Part shown: piece by piece, positions 28,485 to 37,095 of the stretch
How the letters are laid out: each line of letters begins with the position of its first letter
Position numbering within the stretch: position 1 is the first letter of the stretch
DNA from: Candidatus Hopanoidivorans cymbastelae
GTDB taxonomy: Bacteria; Actinomycetota; Acidimicrobiia; Acidimicrobiales; Hopanoidiivorantaceae
Direction of reading: 5' to 3'
Assembly (NCBI GenBank): GCA_028283145.1
Contig: JAPYNY010000066.1
Location: 2,171 to 66,170 of the forward strand
Length of the DNA: 64,000 nucleotides
Notes under the pieces: generated by a model
Seen by the model: the letters and a program-made list of their open reading frames with translations, nothing else
Database searches by the model: none
Told to the model about the DNA's origin: nothing
Translations under genes and position numbers: made by a program

Positions 28485-30334
28485 AACCCTTGGTGAAGTT
28501 TCTCATAGATAGCAGTTGCCACATTGTCGGGCAGCCAACTCAACTGCTGCAGGTCTTCCTCTGAGGCTTCACGCACTGCCTTCAAACTTCCCAACTCTTT
28601 GAGCAAACGCTTCCGGCGAACTTCACCCAAACCCGCAATGTCATCCAAGGCTGATTTGGTCATTCGCTTGCCCCGCAGCTTGCGCTGATATGACACGGCA
28701 AAGCGATGGCTCTCGTCTCGAATTCGCTGCAACAAATACAGGGCTTCAGACGGTCGAGGGATAGCTACGGGAGCAGACCGCCCCACGATGAACACCTCTT
28801 CAAATTCCTTGGCCAGCGCAGCCGCGGGAATATCCAAATTCAAATTGCGCAATACCTTGGTTGCCACCCCCAATTGCCCTTTGCCTCCGTCCACCAGCAA
28901 CAATCCCGGTGGATAAGCAAAAGAAGTTCCTTCCGCAACTGGTTCGGCTTGAGCTTCCAGATACTTCTCCAGCCGCCTGGTGAGCACCTCTTCCATAGCC
29001 GCGAAGTCGTTGTTTTCTCTCACATCGCGGAGCCGAAAGTGTCGGTAGTCCTTCTTGCGTGGCAAGCCGTCTTCTAGCACCACCATTGAGCCGACATAGT
29101 CCTGCCCCGAGAGGTGGCTCATGTCATAGCACTCAATGCGCAGCGGGGCTTCGGGTAAATTGAGATATCTAGCCAAGTCGTTCAGCGCACGGGCCCGACT
29201 GTTGTGGTCGCTGGCTCGCTTGAGGCGATGACGGGTGAGGGACTCCTGCGCATTGCGGTGTACCGTCTCAGCCAAGGAGCGTTTGGCGCCACGCTGGGGC
29301 ACTGAAATAGCCACCTGTGAGCCTCGCATGTCCGAGAGCCAGCTTCGGTATAGTCCCGCGTTGTTGGGCACCGCGGGCACGAAAACATGCTTGGGGCTGC
29401 CCAGTGGGTTCTCCTCGTGATAAATCCGTTCCAAGATGCGAGCTGTCAAATCGGCCGAGCTTAAATCCTCGGCTTTGTCCACTATGAAGCCCCGCCGCCC
29501 CAGCACCTTGCCCTTGCGCACAAAGAAAACCTGCACCGCGGCTTCCAACTCGTCATCACAAATGCCGATGACATCAAAATCCTCCCGCTTGTCATCCACC
29601 ATCTGCTGTTTTTCCACCGCCCGCTCCACACTGGCCAAGCGGTCGCGCCAACGCACGGCAAGCTCAAAATTGAGATCCGCGGCAGCAGCTTGCATCTTCT
29701 CCTTAAGTCGCTCTACGAATTCGTCGGTGTCGCCTTCCAGAAATTGAATCAATTCAGCCACCATGTGGTCATAGTCATCTTTGGCAACCTCCCCCACGCA
29801 TGGCCCGGCACATTTTTCTATGTGAAACAACAAGCAAGGTCGGCCCAGCTTGGCGTGATGGCGGAATTTGTTTTCGCTGCAAGTCCTGATGGGGAAGGTG
29901 CGCAGTAGCAAGTCCAAAGTTTCACGGATGGCATAAGCGTGCCCAAATGGGCCGAAATAGCGGTTGCCTTTGATTTTCTTGCCCCGCACGACCATGGCAC
30001 GAGGCCATTCATCCACCAAAGTAAGTGCCAAAAATGGGTAGCTTTTGTCGTCCCGATAGCGGATGTTGAAGCGAGGTTGGTGCTTTTGGATGAGCGAATA
30101 CTCCAGCAGCAAAGCCTCCACCTCGGTATCCACTACAATCCAGTCCACCGACTTGGCGGCGCGCATCATCTGTGCGGTGCGGGGCAGCAGCGTTCGGGGG
30201 TCGACAAAATAGCTAGCAAGCCGGGCGCGCAAGGATTTAGCTTTGCCAACATAGAGAATTCGCCCGTGGGCGTCCTTGAAGTGATAGACGCCGGGTTGGC
30301 CTGGAACACTTCCAGCCTCTGGTCGCTCTATCAC
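28481..30334 (-). CDS. uvrC: Excinuclease ABC subunit C
   Basis: GIY-YIG N-terminus (PGVYHFKDAHGRILYVGKAKSLRARL), UvrB-interacting region, and a C-terminal (HhH)2. Confidence 0.9.
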   Translation of the reverse strand: MIERPEAGSVPGQPGVYHFKDAHGRILYVGKAKSLRARLASYFVDPRTLLPRTAQMMRAAKSVDWIVVDTEVEALLLEYSLIQKHQPRFNIRYRDDKSYPFLALTLVDEWPRAMVVRGKKIKGNRYFGPFGHAYAIRETLDLLLRTFPIRTCSENKFRHHAKLGRPCLLFHIEKCAGPCVGEVAKDDYDHMVAELIQFLEGDTDEFVERLKEKMQAAAADLNFELAVRWRDRLASVERAVEKQQMVDDKREDFDVIGICDDELEAAVQVFFVRKGKVLGRRGFIVDKAEDLSSADLTARILERIYHEENPLGSPKHVFVPAVPNNAGLYRSWLSDMRGSQVAISVPQRGAKRSLAETVHRNAQESLTRHRLKRASDHNSRARALNDLARYLNLPEAPLRIECYDMSHLSGQDYVGSMVVLEDGLPRKKDYRHFRLRDVRENNDFAAMEEVLTRRLEKYLEAQAEPVAEGTSFAYPPGLLLVDGGKGQLGVATKVLRNLNLDIPAAALAKEFEEVFIVGRSAPVAIPRPSEALYLLQRIRDESHRFAVSYQRKLRGKRMTKSALDDIAGLGEVRRKRLLKELGSLKAVREASEEDLQQLSWLPDNVATAIYEKLHQGL

Positions 30335-30393
30335 ATAGGGAATTCTAGATTGCTATTTTTGTGCTGGCTGACGCAAACTTTGGCAGGGCGCTT

Positions 30394-31557
30394 TCAGCAA
30401 ATCTGCAACATCCGCTCCAGCGCCAATATGGCTTCCGTAGCTATCTCAGGCGCAACTCTAATCTGGTTGCGGACTTTGCCATCCACTAGTCCTTCCAAAA
30501 TCCAAGCCAAGTGAGCTGCATCAATGCGGAACATGGTGGCACAGGGGCACACCAGTGGGTCTAGCGTGAGTACAATCTTGTCGAGAGTTTCCTCATTCAG
30601 GCGATTGACCAGGTGGATTTCAGTGCCGACTCCGATGACACTGCCAGGTGCTGCCTGTGCTATATAGGCGATGATGTGCTCGGTAGATCCCACACTGTCT
30701 GCCACTTCCACCACACTGTGGTCGCATTCCGGGTGAACTACCACCAAACCATCCGGGTGCTCTTGACGAAAGTCGGCCACATGCTGCGATGTGAATCTCT
30801 GGTGGATGGAACAATGCCCCTTCCACAGCAACAGAGTGGCTTCTTTGCAGTCTTTTTCTTCCAAGCCACCCAACTCAAATCTCGGATTCCAGAGCTTCAT
30901 GTCGCCCGCCTGGTAGCCCAAGTCAAAACCAGTGTTGCGCCCCAGATGCTGGTCGGGGAAAAACAGCACCTTGTCGCCGCGCTCCAACGCCCAGGTGAGC
31001 ACAGCCTTGGCGTTGCTGGAAGTGCAGACGGCACCGCCGTGGCGTCCAACGAAGGCTTTTATGTCGGCTGAAGAATTCATATAGGTAATGGGTATGACTC
31101 GGTTGATGTCAACAATGGCATCCAACGCATCCCAGCACTCCTCCACGTCTTCAAGATCAGCCATGTCAGCCATGGAGCAGCCAGCATTCAAATCGGGCAG
31201 GATGACGGTTTGGTCGTCTGACGTCAAGATGTCGGCTGATTCGGCCATGAAGTGCACGCCGCAAAAGACAATGTAGCGAGCTTGTGGGCGGGCACTGGCC
31301 AACTGCGACAATTTGAAGGAGTCGCCTCTGGCATCAGCCCAGCACATCACTTCATCGCGCTGGTAGTGATGCCCCAAGATGAACAGCGATTCACCAAGTG
31401 TTGCTTTGGCTTGGCCAATCCAGTTGTGGAGTTGTTCGGGGGAAGCTGAGGTATAACGTTCCGGTAGGCGGGTCTGAATCCGAAGCATTTTTGTTGTCCT
31501 GTCTCTTGCAAAGAACCTCAATGTGGCCGGTGGGGACAGCCGGGTCGCCTCGCCCAC
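30394..31557 (-). CDS. nadA: Quinolinate synthase
   Basis: ILGHHYQRDEV, FCGVHFMAESADIL, and a Cys-containing C-terminal third (VCPCATM) typical of NadA. The start is uncertain (GTG 31557 or ATG 31488). Confidence 0.8.
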   Translation of the reverse strand: MGEATRLSPPATLRFFARDRTTKMLRIQTRLPERYTSASPEQLHNWIGQAKATLGESLFILGHHYQRDEVMCWADARGDSFKLSQLASARPQARYIVFCGVHFMAESADILTSDDQTVILPDLNAGCSMADMADLEDVEECWDALDAIVDINRVIPITYMNSSADIKAFVGRHGGAVCTSSNAKAVLTWALERGDKVLFFPDQHLGRNTGFDLGYQAGDMKLWNPRFELGGLEEKDCKEATLLLWKGHCSIHQRFTSQHVADFRQEHPDGLVVVHPECDHSVVEVADSVGSTEHIIAYIAQAAPGSVIGVGTEIHLVNRLNEETLDKIVLTLDPLVCPCATMFRIDAAHLAWILEGLVDGKVRNQIRVAPEIATEAILALERMLQIC

Positions 31558-31747
31558 GGGTATGTCGGCCTCAAGGTTTGATATGTTGCTGGAATTCCCG
31601 GCCAGCGTGAAGTAATTTTATCTCAAAAAATCAGGCAATGCAACCGCAATGCTGAGTGGGTTGTGTTCAGGTGCGGTGCACTAAGGCAAGTCAAAGGGCG
31701 CGTTGGAACGGGGCACTCCAGAACGAGTTGCGCTGAGACAAGCCACG

Positions 31748-32350
31748 CTATGGCCAGTTAATAATTCCAAAAACCTCCAGCAAAGCAGATATGTTGCCTG
31801 TTTGAGCGTTCTCGCCTATTTCTTGGAGCTCTTGGATGAGGTTAATGCCTAAAACTTCCAGCAAAGCAGATAGACCTGCCCCAGCCACTAGGAAAGGGCC
31901 AAACGGCGATTTTTTCTTCAAACCTTCGCGTACTCCGTGCCTGATCAAAAACCAGACCGACAACGGAAAAGCCACCACAAAGCCCAACGCCATGCCCACC
32001 CAAGCTGCAGAAATGCCAAACCAGCCAACCGTTAGACCATTCAGAGTTACCAACCTGACATCCCCTAACCCCAAATCCAACCATTCTGAGCGGATGATGT
32101 AGATGATGTAATGGATGATGTAAAAGATGGCACCGCAGGATCCCCCAGCCAGCAGGAACTCCAAAATTCTGGACGGCTCGCTCTCCACAATGGAAGCCAC
32201 AATATAAAGTGCTAGTACAACTCCTGCCGTGGACCAGATGATTCTTGTCGGCAGTCTTGTCTCCTTCAGGTCAATCACCGATACCCATACAGCCCCCACA
32301 CCCCAAGCAGCGAAACCGGCTGCTACCAAAACAATGCCCGCGGTTGTCAT
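31748..32350 (-). CDS. A24-family prepilin (type IV/Tad) peptidase, short CpaA/TadV-like form
   Basis: Both catalytic Asp contexts are present (VIDLKETRLP and LGLGDVRL), plus SPFGPFLVAG. 200 aa, polytopic. Confidence 0.7.
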   Translation of the reverse strand: MTTAGIVLVAAGFAAWGVGAVWVSVIDLKETRLPTRIIWSTAGVVLALYIVASIVESEPSRILEFLLAGGSCGAIFYIIHYIIYIIRSEWLDLGLGDVRLVTLNGLTVGWFGISAAWVGMALGFVVAFPLSVWFLIRHGVREGLKKKSPFGPFLVAGAGLSALLEVLGINLIQELQEIGENAQTGNISALLEVFGIINWP

Positions 32351-32917
32351 ATATCTCTAAGCTAAATGTTTAACAATCAAATTAAGAACATTGTTACCAA
32401 CAGCGCGGCCACGCCTGCTCCGGCCACCAAAATAGGCCCGATCGGAGATTCAATCTTCGAACCCTTACCTACCCCATGCCTGATCAAAAGCCAAACCGAC
32501 AGAAAAAAAGCTAGCACAACTCCCAGTGCCAAACTCACCCAGGCGGCTGAAATGCCAAACCAGCCAACCGTTAGACTATTCAGAGTCACCAACCTGACAC
32601 CCCCAAACCCAATCCCCTCTGGATAGATGGTGTAAATGATGTAAAAGATCGCCGAGCAGGAGGCACCCGCCAGCAGGAACTCCAAAATCCTGGACGGCTC
32701 ACCCTCCAAAATAGCCGCCACAGTGAAAAGCACTAGCACAACTCCCCCCGTGAGCCAGATGATTTGCTTCGGCAGGATTTTCGTCTGCAAGTTAATCACT
32801 GACACCCATACGGCACCAACACCCCAAGCAGCGAAACCGGCTGCTACCAAAACAATGCCCGCGGTTGTCATATATCTCTAAGCTAAATGTTTAACAATCA
32901 AATTAAGAACATTGTTA
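32298..32917. repeat. Two copies of a 99-bp perfectly identical block (32298-32396 and 32819-32917) covering the 5' UTR and first ~17 codons of both peptidase paralogs
   Basis: Base-by-base comparison at offset 521: identity starts at acaccccaagcag and ends at ..aacattgtta. The flanking coding sequence is clearly diverged. The block contains the inverted repeat TAACAAT-N12-ATTGTTA (32371-32396; 8-bp arms in the second copy, 32891-32918). Confidence 0.85.
32377..32871 (-). CDS. A24 prepilin-peptidase paralog lacking both catalytic aspartates (predicted inactive)
   Basis: Collinear with the neighbour and identical over the first 26 aa. The Asp contexts read VINLQTKILP (D to N) and GIGFGGVRL (D to G), and SPIGPILVAG replaces PFGPF. 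Confidence 0.6.
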   Translation of the reverse strand: MTTAGIVLVAAGFAAWGVGAVWVSVINLQTKILPKQIIWLTGGVVLVLFTVAAILEGEPSRILEFLLAGASCSAIFYIIYTIYPEGIGFGGVRLVTLNSLTVGWFGISAAWVSLALGVVLAFFLSVWLLIRHGVGKGSKIESPIGPILVAGAGVAALLVTMFLI

Positions 32918-33922
32918 AATGTTGGCTTCAACGCCGTGGCGGGACGCCCGGTGGACGAATACAGCTTTGACCCAACCCGTTTTGACCAGATGCGCCAAGG
33001 CGCCTGGGACATTTCAGCCCGTCTGGCCGATATGAGCTTGGATGGGGTGTATGCTTCGCTTTGCTTTCCATCTTTCTTGCCGGGCTTTTGCGGCCATCGT
33101 TTGCAGCAAATTACCGATGACGCTGAATTCGCTCTTGCCTTGGTACGGGCTTGGAATGATTGGCACATGGAAGAATGGGCTGCGGCCGACCCAAATCGGA
33201 TCATCCCCATGCAGCTCCCCTACCTGCTCAACCCCGAGGTAGCCGCTCAAGAAATTCGCCACAACGCCGAGCAAGGCTTCAAAGCCGTCACCTTCTCAGA
33301 AGCGCCCCACATGCTGGGCCTGCCATCGCTTCACACGGGATACTGGGATCCTTTCATGGCTGCCTGCGAAGAGACCGAAACAGTCATTTGCGTTCACATC
33401 GGCAGCTCCGGCACCTCCCCTTCCACTGCACCTGATGCGCCAGCCGACACCGTCGGAGTGCTGTTTTTCGGATATGCCATGTTTGCTGCCTGCGACTGGC
33501 TCTACTCCAAAATCCCCGTGCGCTTTCCAAACCTTAAAATCTGCCTGTCGGAAGGCGGCATAGGCTGGGTGGCCGGTCTGCTGGATCGCTTAGAGCACGT
33601 CAGGCGCTACGACTCCATGTATGGCACTTGGAACGACGTAGACATCAGCCCGGCTGAAACCTTCAGGCGCAACTTCTGGGTCTGTGCCATAGACGACCCG
33701 TCGGCCTTCGCGCAACGGCACGTCATCGGAGTAGAAAATATTCTGGTGGAATCCGACTACCCCCACGCCGACAGCACTTGGCCTAACACCCAGGAGATGC
33801 TGCACACTCAGCTAGCTGGAATTCCCCAAGACGAAGTAGCCGATATGTGCTGGCGCAATGCTTCCAAGCTGTTTCGCCACCCAGTGCCTGAGAGTGTGAT
33901 TGCCAACCCGGAGAGCTTCTGA
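32912..33922 (+). CDS. Amidohydrolase-2 (PF04909-like, ACMSD-related) protein, apparently 5'-truncated
   Basis: WDISARLADMSLDGVYASLCFPS, RAWNDWHMEEW and VICVHIGSSG match the middle and C-terminal parts of actinobacterial amidohydrolase-2 proteins. The frame closes at TAA 32879-32881, and the only start (TTG 32912) lies inside the duplicated peptidase 5' block. The N-terminal metal-binding (S/A)xDxHxxE region expected in this family is absent. Confidence 0.55.
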   Translation: MLNVGFNAVAGRPVDEYSFDPTRFDQMRQGAWDISARLADMSLDGVYASLCFPSFLPGFCGHRLQQITDDAEFALALVRAWNDWHMEEWAAADPNRIIPMQLPYLLNPEVAAQEIRHNAEQGFKAVTFSEAPHMLGLPSLHTGYWDPFMAACEETETVICVHIGSSGTSPSTAPDAPADTVGVLFFGYAMFAACDWLYSKIPVRFPNLKICLSEGGIGWVAGLLDRLEHVRRYDSMYGTWNDVDISPAETFRRNFWVCAIDDPSAFAQRHVIGVENILVESDYPHADSTWPNTQEMLHTQLAGIPQDEVADMCWRNASKLFRHPVPESVIANPESF

Positions 33923-34161
33923 AGGCTAACTGTCCGCCTCAAGGTGATAACCTTCGGTTGCAACCAAAGCTCTGACAAGGTGATACATTCTTCACTCAAA
34001 CCAATACTGGATGACCATGCAAACATGCGCTGCTGCGCTGCCGTTGCGAATCGACAAAAGAGCAAAAGTATGCCACAAAAAGGGGAGAGCATAGAGCAAC
34101 CTAGGCGAAGACGAAATTGAGGCTGTCTACTAGCAAATCCAAATCTTTCATCTCCCGTGGG

Positions 34162-34392
34162 TCAAAATGCTTTTTGTTCATGGTCAAAAGTGAGTTCTGG
34201 GTTCGCTGAAATGCTCGCGACCATTGGCCCCCACTCGCTGATCACAAAATCTGAAATGGACAGGCGACACAGTCCGCTTTGCTCTGCAGCAACTATAAAG
34301 TCGCGCAAATTTGGATTGGCTACAACATTTGTATCCAGGAAAATGTTGACACCTAGAACTTTTGGGGCCTCGATCTGGTATCTGAATGCCAC
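34162..34392 (-). pseudogene. Possible truncated PIN-domain (VapC-like) remnant
   Basis: The 76 aa ORF contains the PIN N-terminal signature IFLDTNVV but is only about half the length of a PIN domain. No antitoxin ORF lies upstream. Confidence 0.3.
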
Positions 34393-34531
34393 ACAGGCAT
34401 AGTAGTTTTGGGCTGTTGCAAACCTTCCCTGCCGGCCTTTAACTCCCTCAGTTGGTGTCAGACCGAATCAACGATTCAAAACGTCTTGGGAGCCTCGGGA
34501 TCGAAGTAATACTCCCCGCTACCCTCTCGCC

Positions 34532-35299
34532 TCAGTGAAACGCGTTCTCTGACTGCGGGCGCTCGTTATAACCCACCAGAACTCTACCGAAGGGCGTCTG
34601 TGCAATCACCGTTATAGACGCCGGGCGTGAATGAATGTGCATGATCATCTTGGCATCTCCACCCAACGCCCAGACAACCGCAGCCTTGATCGGCGTGGCA
34701 TGGGAACAAACCAGCACATTGCTCTTTTGGTCGGCATGCATCAACTCTTCGCAAGCAGCGCTCACACGCTCAAACAAGGATGCTATGGACTCCCCGCCTG
34801 GCGGAGCGAAGTTCACATCCATGTTCCACCGGTCAATCATGTCTGAGGCTCGCAAAGCAATCGCATCGCCTTCCCATTCCCCGTAGTCAATCTCAGCAAA
34901 GCGCCGATCTTCCAGCAAGGGCAGCTCGTCAAAGCCCGCGTAATGAATGGTCTGGCGTGTGCGCTTCAACGGCGACGATATGACTTGATCCACATTGTAG
35001 AAAGCACGAATGAACTTGCCGACCTTGCGGGACTGACTTTGCCCGTGAAAATCCAAGTCGACATCGGTGGTACCCTGCAGTCTGTCTTGATTGTTCAGCA
35101 CTGTGCGGCCGTGGCGCAGCAGAATTAATGTAGGTGCCCCGCTGGTGGGCAAAACAGCTGGATTTACGGCTGGGGTCGTCTCTGCCTGAGTCTCCGCCTG
35201 GGTAGTCGTGCCGAAATGCGGACTTGATGCCGCTCGGCTCCCAGCAGACATGCTTCCAGCGGAAATGGACACTATGTCGCTCCCAGAATCACCCGACAT
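34532..35299 (-). CDS. Histidine phosphatase (phosphoglycerate mutase) family protein
   Basis: LILLRHGRTVLN (RHG catalytic motif), DLDFHGQSQ, VCSHATPIKA. The start is uncertain because the low-complexity N-terminus overlaps the end of ribF. Confidence 0.8.
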   Translation of the reverse strand: MSGDSGSDIVSISAGSMSAGSRAASSPHFGTTTQAETQAETTPAVNPAVLPTSGAPTLILLRHGRTVLNNQDRLQGTTDVDLDFHGQSQSRKVGKFIRAFYNVDQVISSPLKRTRQTIHYAGFDELPLLEDRRFAEIDYGEWEGDAIALRASDMIDRWNMDVNFAPPGGESIASLFERVSAACEELMHADQKSNVLVCSHATPIKAAVVWALGGDAKMIMHIHSRPASITVIAQTPFGRVLVGYNERPQSENAFH

Positions 35300-36189
35300 C
35301 TTTCAATGTCTTTCTGAAGCTGCTCTTTCAGTTCTTCAATGCCGCCAAAGCGTCTCTCACTGCGCAGAAACTCCGCAAACTCAACTTCCACAAACTGCCC
35401 ATAGAGGTCGCCCTCAAAGTCCAGGACATGCGCTTCCAAGACGGAATGCTCAGCATGGTGATAAAACGTCGGGCGCCGCCCGATATTGATGGCACACGGG
35501 CGCCGCACCCGCCCCTCATCGGTGAACCAGCCCGCATAAACGCCGTCGGCGGGCCAAGCGCGCTCTTGGGAAACCGGCAGATTGGCGGTGGGGAAACCGA
35601 TGGTCTGCCCTCGCCTGTCGCCCACGATGACTTCTCCCTCAATGGAATACGGCCGCCCCAACATTCTGGTTACCTCACTTACCCGACCCCCAGCCAAAGC
35701 CCTTCTGATGGCAGTTGAAGAAATAGGCTCTGGAGCAGACGGCAGACTGAAAAGCCCCACAGCTTCCACTATGAAGTCATGCTGTGAGCTTGCCTGTTTC
35801 AAAGTCTCAACGGAGCCAGCCCGGCTTTTGCCAAAATGAAAATCCTTCCCCACCACCACCGAGCGAGCGTTCAGTGAATCCACCAGACAATCTTTGATGA
35901 ACTGCTCGGGAGCTGCCAAAGCTAGCTTCTCATCAAATTCCAGTACCACTGTTCTTTCAATACCGCACTGCTCAAACAAAGAAAGCTTGTGTTCTAGGCC
36001 GGTGAGCAGCTGCGGCGCATTTTTGGGTCGCAGCAAAAAAGCCGGGTGGGGTTCAAACGTCAACACGGTTGACAGCAGATAGTCCTGCGCTGCCTGAGTG
36101 GTGACCTTGTTGAAAATTTCCTGATGTCCCAGATGAACCCCGTCAAATACGCCTATCGCCACCACCGACGGAGGCGACATGGCTGGCAT
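35272..36189 (-). CDS. ribF: Bifunctional riboflavin kinase / FMN adenylyltransferase
   Basis: VVAIGVFDGVHLGHQ, GKDFHFG, and a C-terminal riboflavin kinase region (GFPTANL..). I moved the start to ATG 36189 (MPAMSPPSVVAIG). Confidence 0.85.
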   Translation of the reverse strand: MPAMSPPSVVAIGVFDGVHLGHQEIFNKVTTQAAQDYLLSTVLTFEPHPAFLLRPKNAPQLLTGLEHKLSLFEQCGIERTVVLEFDEKLALAAPEQFIKDCLVDSLNARSVVVGKDFHFGKSRAGSVETLKQASSQHDFIVEAVGLFSLPSAPEPISSTAIRRALAGGRVSEVTRMLGRPYSIEGEVIVGDRRGQTIGFPTANLPVSQERAWPADGVYAGWFTDEGRVRRPCAINIGRRPTFYHHAEHSVLEAHVLDFEGDLYGQFVEVEFAEFLRSERRFGGIEELKEQLQKDIERCRVILGAT

Positions 36190-36258
36190 CTCCCGCTGAA
36201 CTTCCACTGCTAAAAGGCTAGCATGAAATAGCCTCTTCAAAAGCAGCAGCCGCACACA

Positions 36259-37095
36259 ATGACTTCAAATAATTTTGATTTTTCGGATTCCACAGTCATC
36301 GTAACTGGTGGCACCAAGGGCTTGGGCAAAGGCATCACACAAGCTTTTCTGCAGGCCGGGGCTAATGTGGTCGTCTGCGCTCGGGGCGAGCCTGGAGAAG
36401 TTCCTTCAGCCAAAATAGCCAAGACAGGCAACTCGGCCAAGGCCATGTTTGTGGCAGCCGATGTGCGCAAATCAGAGGATATCCAAAATGTGGTATCGGA
36501 AACTTTGAAGGCGCACGGTCGTATAGACGTGTTGGTCAACAACGCCGGGGGCGCCCCTCCTGTAGCTTCGGCTGAGGCTTCGCCGCGCTTCAATGAGCGA
36601 GTTGTGGCCCTCAATCTGTTGGCACCCATTATGTTTGCCCAAGCTGTCTATCCGACCATGTCGGCCCAAGAGACAGGGGGTGTGATTTTGAACATTTCCA
36701 GCGTGGCAGCACTGCGTCCGAATCCGTATGGCGTGGCTTACGGGGCTGCCAAGGCGGGTTTGATCAATGTGAGCGAGACGCTGTCGGTGGAATGGGCCCC
36801 CAAAATCCGGGTGCTGACAGTTACAGCTGGGCTTCTGGTTACTGAAAATGCCCATTTGTTCTACGGAGACGAGGAGGGCATCAAGCAAGTCGGCAACACC
36901 ATTGCTGCAGGGCGCATGGGCACCCCCGAAGACATTGCCGATACATGCCTATTTCTGGCTTCGCCTCTAGCCAAGTGGATGACAGGCGCCAACATCAAAG
37001 TTCACGGAGGGGGCGAAAAGCCTGCTTATCTGGCTGCCAGCACTGGGCAGGTATCGCAGACCTCAAACCAGCTTGGCAAACCCAGCGGTGAGTGA
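36259..37095 (+). CDS. SDR family oxidoreductase
   Basis: VIVTGGTKGLGKGI, NNAGG, YGAAKAG. Confidence 0.85.
   Translation: MTSNNFDFSDSTVIVTGGTKGLGKGITQAFLQAGANVVVCARGEPGEVPSAKIAKTGNSAKAMFVAADVRKSEDIQNVVSETLKAHGRIDVLVNNAGGAPPVASAEASPRFNERVVALNLLAPIMFAQAVYPTMSAQETGGVILNISSVAALRPNPYGVAYGAAKAGLINVSETLSVEWAPKIRVLTVTAGLLVTENAHLFYGDEEGIKQVGNTIAAGRMGTPEDIADTCLFLASPLAKWMTGANIKVHGGGEKPAYLAASTGQVSQTSNQLGKPSGE

Noticed and set aside
33808-34092. 94-aa minus-strand ORF overlapping the 3' end of the amidohydrolase gene, plus many similar 60-150 aa ORFs nested antisense in long genes throughout the track.
   Set aside because: They lie entirely within or overlap stronger motif-bearing genes on the other strand. 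They are typical high-GC shadow ORFs with no motifs.
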